From: Eledone cirrhosa
Taxonomy: Eukaryota
Length of the DNA: 64,000 nt
Direction of reading: 5' to 3'
NCBI GenBank assembly: GCA_964016885.1
Contig: OZ024756.1
Span: 4,712,001-4,776,000, forward strand
In this document: one piece after another, positions 54,945 to 64,000 of the stretch
Layout: each line of letters begins with the position of its first letter
Numbering within the stretch: the stretch's first letter is position 1
Notes under the pieces: model-generated
The model's input: the letters and a program-made list of their open reading frames with translations, nothing else
Database searches by the model: none
What the model was told of the DNA's origin: nothing
Translations under genes and position numbers: made by a program

Positions 54945-55080
54945 ACCTGGACCATCGCGTCGATATTAAGCAATATCTCCGATAGGTTTCTGTGAAATCG
55001 AAATCAACAAAATCCAATTGCGGGGCATGCAAGTTATTGGTTTTGGAAGATCGAACAGAGGATTTACTTTCTCAACAGGT
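54945..55080 (-). ncRNA. enlarged type I hammerhead-like motif, U3-A8 core
   Basis: acctg TTGAGAA a-gtaaatcc...gatttcac-a GAAAC ctatcg...cgatg GTC caggt; the downstream tail resembles 47145-47200 and ends in (TA)n at ~54741. Confidence 0.7.
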
Positions 55081-55758
55081 ATCCGTTCTCAGCCGCGCCG
55101 GTAGTGAATTTTAACAGTAAACAGTGCTGGCGGTCACATATGGCCGGAGAGGGCTGTATTTATACCAGTGATCTTCGTTAGTTTTGTTAACAACCTGGCT
55201 TGTTAACATGCTTTGGTACTTGGGTTGGCTCGCTATTTTGACAAGATCGTGAGATCTCGCTGGTTCGTCCGTGAATGTTGTTATTGTTTGTTGTAAGGTA
55301 CTCCTTCGCAAGGAACATATTTCAGGACATTTTTTTCTCATATATTCTATTTTCTAAAAGGGTGCACCATTTAGAAATAGGTGCAGCGCTCTGCAACCTC
55401 CTCTCCACGTTGGCAGCAGGCCTGGTTACAGCTTCAGGATGTGAAGAGCTTTTTTAACTTTTCGTGTTGCTTCTTCATATGGCGGTGAAATGACAAAGTC
55501 GTTAGAACAGCTGATAGCATGTTTGTAGTATTTGTTTCGCCTCTCTACTCTCTGAGTTTAAACCCCACTGAGGTCAGCTTTGCCTTTCATCCTTTCAAGG
55601 TCGAGTCTTAATCTATGTACATATCTCTCTCCCTCATTTCCATTCTTTCATTTACTATTCTTCTGAAATCTACTGCATTCAAACCTGCTGAGAATATGGG
55701 CTCCGCCACGTTTTAGAATTCCTTAGACACGCCGCATGTCAATATTTCCTTAGGAGAT

Positions 55759-55942
55759 GGCGGTGGATTGGCAGTATCGGTAGAAGGTCGAACGCCATGC
55801 TTTCCAGCATAGTTACGTCCCTTTACGATCTGAGTTCAAATCCCGCCGAGGTTGACTTTGCCTTTCATCCTGACGGGGTCGATAACATAAAGTACCAGTA
55901 ATGCACTGAGTAATTGCTGGCCTTGTGCCTAAAGTAGAAACA
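55759..55942 (+). mobile_element. full-length tRNA-derived SINE
   Basis: 18-bp TSD aatatttccttaggagat at 55741-55758 and 55943-55960. Confidence 0.92.
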
Positions 55943-56159
55943 AATATTTCCTTAGGAGATAAATAAAATTTACAGAAACACACATATACAAACACACACA
56001 CACAAACACCCACATAAACATAACAGCTAATGTGTGTAGCCAATTCGCTATACATATACACACACAGGTGTAGCGAATGTTAGAGGCTGCTTAGACACCC
56101 CTTCCTTCCCCAGTCTTCTCTAGTGTGTGACGGACAAATACACATTGGCTTTTATATTA

Positions 56160-56635
56160 GTATATTTTGGATATGACGTGTGTGTGTGTTGTTAACGTGT
56201 GTATTTTATTTATGACGTGTGTGTGTTGTGTGTATATTTTAGTTATGACGTGTGTGTGTGTATGTGTGTTAATGTGTATATTTTAGTTATGACGTGTGTG
56301 TGTGTGTTGTTTATGTGTATATTTTAGTTACGACGTGTGTGTGTATGTGAGCGTGTGTGTTGTGGTGTGTATATTTTAGTTATGACGTGTGTGTGTATGT
56401 GAGCGTATGTGTTGTCGTGTGTATATTTTAGTTATGACGTGTGTGTGTATGTGAGCGTGTGTGTTGTCGTGTGTATATTTTAGTTATGACGTGTGTGTGC
56501 TGTTTATGTGTTTATTTTAGTTATGACGTGTGTGTGTGTGTGTGTGTTGTGTGCATATTTTAGTTATGACGTATGTGTGTGTTGTGTGTATATTTTATTT
56601 ATGACGTGTGTGTGTTGTTTATGTTTTTATTTTAG
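56160..56635. repeat. ~35-45-bp minisatellite (tatattttagttatgac plus variable GT tract), about 12 units
   Basis: Read directly. Confidence 0.85.
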
Positions 56636-57144
56636 CATTGTTTTGAAAAATGCATAACACTTCCCCAAATAATCGTTTATATTTACGGCAGATTCTATAC
56701 AATATAAATGTAGTGTTCATTAGTGTTTCTTTATTTCGCTTTGTTTTGTCGTGTGTAGTGTAACGTGTTGCAATTTATCCTTGTTTTAAATATATGAGGA
56801 GCTTTCTAAAATGTGTTTTGCTTGGTTGTATAACCAATGTATCTGTTAGAGTTGTGAAGTTTACAATATTCATATATAAACATAAATATATATTTCATTG
56901 TTGTATTTGCGTTGCAAAATGATTGATTTCAAATCGTGGTAGAAACAGATATTGTTATAATTTAGGAACGTTGTACTGTCAATAAAAACACACGGACCAT
57001 TGAGCTTTTGTTCTTGGACTTTGCAAATTAGATAACCATCTGCTTACTAAACCAACCAATGGATAGATTAGTTAACTTGGAAATCGATATGTGTCAATAA
57101 ATCAATACGGCATAGCCACAACTTAATAACTGAAACATGTAACA

Positions 57145-57193
<49 letters not shown>

Positions 57194-57202
57194 TAGATAG
57201 AT

Positions 57203-60200
57203 ATATTTCTTTATTTGCCACAAGGGCGCACAAGAAAAGGGGACAATACAAAGACACATGCCGGAGATTTTACTTACAGTCGTGTAAAAATATTGAAACA
57301 AACAATTATAAAAATCGAAATCCACAATAGGGGGAGGCGCCAAAAATGGGTTGTTTAATACCCCGTCGATAGAACAACCCTCAACTTCAGGAGCGTGTTG
57401 TGCAAGTGCTCCCTTCTTCCTTTTGCTCTGTTCTTTAACCCACAGGCTTATAAACAGGGAAGGCCCAATCACTCGGGCCATTTTCGCTTCATCCACCCAC
57501 CTTTCAGTAAATTTACTGGGGTGCAGTGCCTCTCTCCACTCGGATTCTCCTTCTAAAGTGATACTTAACGAAGGGAATCAATTGTTGTCCGGAGAGAAAG
57601 GCATCTGTCCTCAGTCCTCTCAACCTCGTCCACCATATAACTTCTTTCACCATAGCCACTGTACAGAGAAAAACTGCCTCCCTTTCGTTTTTGAAAGAGG
57701 CTGGTGGTTTGATCCTTACTATGGACTCGGCAGTCAACTGGATTTGTCCCATACGTGACAGCAGTTGTTCTGTGTAGTTCCACAGGTCAGTTACGCCCGG
57801 GCAGTGTACAATTGCATGCAAGACGGTTTCAATGTTCTGCTCGCATCTTGGACACGTCCTCTTGGAAGGATCCCTGCCGGGGCGTCCGTGCCTGTAGATC
57901 TTATCTCGAACGGGTAGAGCTCCTCGGTAGCACTGCCAGGCCAGGGACCTCTGGAAGTTGTCCATAGGTCCCAGGCAGGAAGTCCTACCGAACAGACTGG
58001 TGAGCTCGTCGTCTTCGACGCCTAGAGTCTCCCCGAGCACGTTGTCGAACTTGTAAAGTACTAACGCTCTATAGAATGTCGAAGTGGAGTCTCCACTGAT
58101 TGCTGTGCCCGCTTGACAGAGGATTGTAAGCGCCTGGGCGCATTCAGTGTGCCAGGTGCCCATCTTCTTCGGTCTTCGCTTCATCCAGGACTGCAGCTCC
58201 GTCAGCGAGACAAGTTGTGGGAAGGCCTGTCTCACAAACGGTGCCCACACCGGTTGGTCGGTGAGGAATACCTGGAGATGCTGTAGCCTCAGTGCATGTT
58301 TGTGCATCATTAGCCAAGGCATGCCCAGCCCTCCGTTGGAAGGGTGTTGACAGCAGACGGATCTCCTCAACAATGGAGCCTGCTTCTTCCACAGGAACTG
58401 GAAGAGCATGCATTCCATCTTGGTGAGGTATTCACGGGGACAAGGCACGACAGTCAAGCGGTAGTAGATGACGGTCGCTATGAAAGTGTTCGCCACCTCC
58501 GCTCGACCTTTCAAAGACAGTTTGCACTCTGCCCACTTCTGGGTGAGCGCAAATACCTTGGACATGACCTCGTTCCAGTTTTTCTCCCCCTGGAGGTCTG
58601 GACCGAACCAGACCCCGAGCAATTTCACCGGTCCTTCCGTCCAGCGTCCGACGACGCTGTCGGACGGCATCGGTTTGACTCTCCACGCTCCGAGTTGCAA
58701 ACCGACAGACTTGTCCGGGTTCAGTTTTGCTCCTGTGAAACTTTCGTATTCCTGTAGTAGGTTGCCGATTACCTTGATTTCCGAGGTTTTCAACACCATT
58801 ACCGTCACGTCGTCGGCATAAGCCGACGCCGCTTTTCGCAGTCCCGGTTCTAAAGGGATGCCCTGCAAAAGCTCCCGCTTCCGCAGTAGTGGATCTAGAG
58901 TCAATACGTACAGAATGGAGGAGAGAGGGCATCCCTGTCGAATGGAACTCATGATTGCGAACGGTTCCGATAAGTAGCCGTTCACCTTGACCCTCGAGCA
59001 GATGCTGGTGTGCATCGCCTTGATCCAGCCCCTGAAAACGGGACCGAAACCGGCCGCCTTGAGAACCGCTTCCAAGTATCGATGGTCGACCCTATCGAAT
59101 GCCTTAGACTGATCTAAATTGATCAGAGCCCCACCAAAGCCGGGTTTACACCCCACCCACTCTATGATGTATCACATGAGGTGGGGGTTGTAGTGTATGG
59201 ACCAGGTCGGGTTGCACACGTTTGCGCTTTCCCTACCAGGTTTTTGATGACAAGCGCCAGCCTTGTTGCTAGCACATTGGCCAAAATCTTTAACTCTGTG
59301 TTGAGCAGAGTTATGGGCCTGAAATTGTTTATTTCGTCCCCCTTGTTCTCGTCTTTCCTGAGCAGCGTTACTACGCCCTTGCCTGTAAAACTGGGAATTG
59401 TCCCGTTCTGCTGCCAATTGCAGTAGACGGCTTCAAGAACGCTAGAGAACAAGTCCGGCATGCCTATGTAAAACTCATAGGGTAGACCATCTAGACCGAG
59501 TGATTTGCGTTTCCTCCCGCAGCGGCCCAGAGCGTCCCATATCTCAGTGGCTGTGATCGGTCTTTCGCAGAACTCGGTGTCCATGCTCGAGAAACCCGGC
59601 AGGCCGTCGAGGTATGAACCAAAGTCCATTGCCCCGTTCGGTGCACCGTCGTTCTGCTAAAACAGTCGCGCAAAGTGCCGCTGAAAGGCCGCGCACATCT
59701 GCCTGGGGTCAAGCAGCACGCGACCCTTTTGGTCTTTCAAAGACCGAATCGTGGACTTGTTGTCACTTTTCGCTTCCGCCACTCGGGTCCAGCTAACAGC
59801 TTTTGCTCCCTCGTTTCCTAGAGCACGTGATTTACTTCTGATCACGCAGCCTTCGTGTTTCGTGTCGAAGAACTGGTCCAGTGCCGTTCTCCTTGCTAGC
59901 ACTCTAGCTGCGTTGCCACTCCTAAGCGCCTCTTCTACCTTGGCTACTAGTTCTGTTTCTGATTTGTTTTTCTCTAAGGCTAATTCTCTGCTAAACCCTA
60001 TCGATTCTACTCTAATTGCCCTCTTGAAAGAGTACCACCATCTATTGTTGACGATGGCTCCCGTCAACTCTTGCTTAACTAATCTACTTATCTGTTCACT
60101 GTAGGCTTTTCGTGCCGGCAATGAGACGTTCAGCTTTCAGTATCCGGGTCCTTGTCTATGTATTCTATCACGGTTAACTATGCAGACGACTAGTTTGTGA

Positions 60201-61655
60201 TCTGAATAGGCAACCATGTGAATTTGTGGACAGCTTAACATCTTCTTGTCCTTTTCTCTAATGAAAAACCTATCTAGATACGATCTAGATGTCCCGCTGC
60301 GGTTTGCCCACATCCACTGTGGTGCAGTCGGGAAATCTAGTCGATATCTATCGGCCAGTTGGAATTGGCCCATTAGATTTTTGAGGCTGTTGCACCCAGC
60401 TCTACTGGGACATGCTCCCACATAGTCCCATCGTGCATCTAGGATACCATTCCAGTCCCCCACTAAAAGCAAGGAGCGAGACGTTCCCAGAAAAGACTCT
60501 AGACGCTTAAAGAAGTCTGGCCGCGATTGTGATTTCTCGGTCGGCGCATAAACGGCAACCAGTCTGAAGGCTCCACCTCCAATACTGTTCACGTCTAAGA
60601 CTACCAGTCTACCCTCCGGGTCCAAGTGTACTTGCTGTACTTCGAGATCTAGGATTTTCCGAAACATGACTGTCACTCCCCTTCCACCTCCCGGATGACA
60701 GAGAGATGCGTAAATCTCAAAGTCATTGAAGATGGTTAGTTGCTGCCTGTTGTGGATCCTGGACTCGATGATGGCTATTACATCTATACCGTGTGACCTA
60801 AGGTCGTTTAAAAGTATCCCTAGGCCACGCACATTCACGCTTCCAGATCGTAAGTCAGCCATGTTGGTGGAGAAGAGTTGGCGAAAAGAACGAAAAGGTG
60901 CACTTACCTTTTCGTTTCCTGGAGATTGGGTTGTTCAATCTCCATTTCAGTTATGATGGGGGGGGGGGGGCATTTCAACAGGACACAGTTTATTGGTTTT
61001 TGGCAGTCTGGTGATGAATCGTCATGAGGGGTGTGTGGGAGGGGTATGTTGTGTGGTGATGGTGTGTTTGTGTGTGTGATTGTGGTAGTGTTGGATGGAG
61101 TGGGATGGGGTGGGACTGTGTTTTTCAGGGGAATTGTTTGTGTTTTTTCTGTAGTTTGTGGTTGAACTGTTGTTTGTTTTTGTGTGTTTGCTTGTTTTGT
61201 GTGTTGTTGTTGTTGTTGTGGTTTTGGAGTTGGTGTTGGTAAAAGTACTTTTTTTTTGGGGGTGGGGGGTGGAGGGGGGGTGTTTCTTCGTAAGAGGGGA
61301 CAGGGGGTCTTTAAATGCGATGTGCTTGCGCATTTAAAACAATGTGGCCTTCCAGCTTCTGTCGAAATCTGTATATAGTTTGTATTGTCTACTGGCACCC
61401 TTTCTGATATCTTGGAAATTCTGTCCGGTTTCATTTGGACCAAAATTTCCAAGCTTGTGCCGTTCCAGGTGTTTCTTGTGGATTTTTGAATCGACAGTAT
61501 TGTGTCTTCATCCTCCTCCAAGAACCCTGCCAGAATCCACCAGATGTTAATGTTGGGTGGTATATTGGTGATGTTTATTCTTTGTGTTCTTTTTCCCACG
61601 TATGTAGGGAAAAAGGTGTGTGTGGCAGAGGTGACCGGGGTCACTGAGTATTTTT
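57203..61655 (-). mobile_element. Tx1/L1-clade LINE copy 5, 5'-truncated in ORF1, frameshifted ORF2
   Basis: ORF1 with CFKCASTSHLKTPC knuckle (61644-60904), APE (60862-60137), RT with QGCPLS and YADD, zinc motif; ends AATAAAGAAATAT then ATCTATCT. Confidence 0.92.
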
Positions 61656-62425
61656 TAGTCCTGTAAATATTTTTTAGTCCTGTAAATATTTATGCTCTGC
61701 TATGTCTTGAATACCTTACTTACTATGGTTACCCCGATTGAAACCGGGATACACACACACACATATGTAATATTAAATATTTATATATATATATTCTACC
61801 TGGAGTTGCGACCGATAGATAGTATTAGCAATTGGAAAGACCAACGGAAACATTGTTCCCTCGGTCCGATTTGACGAAAGTCGATCGTTCCTATAAATAT
61901 ATATATTATAAAGTAAGATGAAATAGTAGACACAGATATATACCTATTTTTTCATCAATGTTCCGACTGTACAGTTTCACTGGTAAGTATGCAAACATCT
62001 TATATCATAGAGATGTAACATTGTTGTGAGGTAAGCCAGCTTTTCAAGGTAACACTTCGGGAAAAGACACCTTCTAGACACGTCTGAAACATGCGAGAAA
62101 ATTTCAAAAAGGTGGAGGGAGATACTATCACGTGATACACCGGTCAAGAAAGGGGACTAAATCCCTTGTAGCAGTGAAAAATATCTCAGAAGGCGGAGGG
62201 GGATATTGATATGGTACAGAGGCTACAGAGGAGTGGTAAGGTTGACTGAAAGTGTATATAGTGCTTGCTTGAAAGCAGTTACTATACTTCCGTGGTTACT
62301 CTACCGTGAGGGAGTTAGAGACAATAATGAGAGGTATACAGATATATGTGCATACATACATATACATGTATATATACACATATATACATGTGTATGTATG
62401 TATACACATATATGTGTGTGTACCT

Positions 62426-62600
62426 GTGGATTGGCAGCGGACGCCATGCTTTGGAACAAAGAGTTACGGCCCTTTATGGTCTGAGTTCAAATCCCGCCAA
62501 GGTTAACTTTGCCTTTCATCCTTACGGGGTCGATAAAATAAAGCACCAGTAATTCACTGGGATAATTGCTGGCTTTGTGCCAAATATAGAAACAATTATT
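62426..62600 (+). mobile_element. tRNA-derived SINE (deletion in head)
   Basis: B-box, central domain and tail match the family. Confidence 0.85.
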
Positions 62601-62608
62601 ATTATTAT

Positions 62609-62644
<36 letters not shown>

Positions 62645-62648
<4 letters not shown>

Positions 62649-63295
62649 GTAGAATAATCGAGTATCGAAAAATCGGCGCACGAGTTCACGATAAACAAAA
62701 TTCGATAAGAGCGGCAGAGGGCTCAATAATTTATATAGAGCTATAACTATCGTTAAAATACCGTCACACATAGAACAAGTCTATAATCAACCATACAACC
62801 GAAAAATTGTGATCTGGAAGATTCGGGACACTCAGATAAAAAAATCAATAAATCAATAAATCAAATGAATGTAAAAAGCATACCCGGACCCGCTAGAAAG
62901 ATGGTAAATGTAGCTTCTTGGGTTTCTGTAAATCCTTAAACTGTCCTCTATCAGCTCACATAAAAATATATAAGACTTCTAGGTGCCAGCGGACGGGAGT
63001 TTACTTCCTCAACGAGCTTTGTCCAAACGAATGAAAAGGCATAACCCAGGCTAAATACGCACATGGAATTCATCAAGGGAGATAACCTCTATATCCGCGA
63101 AAAATATTCGGGAAAATGTGGAAATACACATATCGAATAAGAGTGCTCAATAGACATGTTAAAATAAACAGGAGCTATTCATCATTTAATAGAATCGACA
63201 AAAAATGAACAATAAAATTAACTGGTCAATAGCTAGGTCTAGAGCTAAATATAGTAGAATAATCGAGTATCGAAAAATCGGCGCACGAGTTCACG

Positions 63296-63298
<3 letters not shown>
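62645..63298 (-). mobile_element. non-coding terminally redundant unit (period 605 bp) carrying an enlarged hammerhead
   Basis: Identical 49-bp repeats at 62645-62693 and 63250-63298; (TA)n on both sides. Confidence 0.75.
62882..63017 (-). ncRNA. enlarged type I hammerhead-like motif, U3 core
   Basis: gctcg TTGAGGA a-gtaaactcc...ggatttac-a GAAAC cc...gg GTC cgggt. Confidence 0.7.
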
Positions 63299-63363
<65 letters not shown>

Positions 63364-63378
63364 GTATAATATAATATA

Positions 63379-63582
63379 GGGCAGTAGAATCGGTAGAGCG
63401 TCCGACCCCATGCTTCGCATCATAGAGTTACAACTCTTTACGGTCTGAGTTCTCTGAGGTTAGCTTTGCCTTTCATCCTTGCGGGGTCGATAAAATAAAG
63501 TACCAGTAACGTACTGAGGTTGATTTAATCGACTTTCGTCTCACCCAAAATTATTGGCCTTGTGTCTATAGTAGAAACCATT
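63379..63582 (+). mobile_element. tRNA-derived SINE, longer variant
   Basis: Retains the segment gttgatttaatcgactttcgtctcacccaaa that the other full copies lack. Confidence 0.85.
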
Positions 63583-63606
63583 ATATATATATATATATAT
63601 ATATAA

Positions 63607-63740
63607 ATGAAGTAATTCCGTCGGAAAGGTCCAGGAAAAAAGAGTGCTCTATGTAGGTAACAGAGCTTAATAGTTATGTAATAAACAACATAAGGCAATT
63701 ATTCCATTTACCATTTGCTTTCAATCCTCAGAATGAAAAA
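63607..63740 (-). mobile_element. PLE tail with collapsed hammerhead
   Basis: ttcatt CTGAGGA tt GAAA gcaaatg GTA aatggaa (stem II lost), then the same tail as 15900-15988. Confidence 0.6.
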
Positions 63741-63792
63741 ATCCTGGTCTGTTTATTGAATTTGGATTTTTATTTTTTATTTTTATTTATTT

Positions 63793-63900
<108 letters not shown>

Positions 63901-64000
63901 ATTTAAAACTGCACTATCCACAAGTGTTTTTAACCTTCAAATCATGTCCTATTTTATCTGATGAAAACACAAATGTTATTGCATGATGATATTTGTTTTT

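Overview
AT-rich, microsatellite-saturated eukaryotic DNA, most likely an octopus (inferred from the SINE families and repeat landscape). I found no host protein-coding gene; the window is almost entirely nested mobile DNA. It holds: (i) five copies of one Tx1/L1-clade LINE family whose intact ends abut (ATCT)n, three of them head-to-tail at 5.2-14.8 kb; (ii) one RTE-clade LINE with an uninterrupted 1181-aa ORF (APE, RT, three C2H2 fingers); (iii) a 704-bp internally deleted RTE-like element with an 11-bp TSD; (iv) many tRNA-derived SINEs and non-autonomous Helitrons; (v) a 3.4-kb array of a 48-bp repeat; and (vi) many Penelope-like (PLE) remnants inserted in (TA)n. The strongest unexplained signal is in group (vi). 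More than a dozen hammerhead-ribozyme motifs or half-motifs can be folded by eye. Three of them form an enlarged class (127-136 nt) with U at core position 3, and two of these sit in ~605-611-bp non-coding, terminally redundant units that resemble retrozymes. A short 3' motif is shared across otherwise dissimilar families, and fold-back junctions repeatedly fall inside the ribozyme. All folds and family calls were made by eye; ribozyme activity is untested. Most short ORFs in the track are microsatellite or antisense artefacts.
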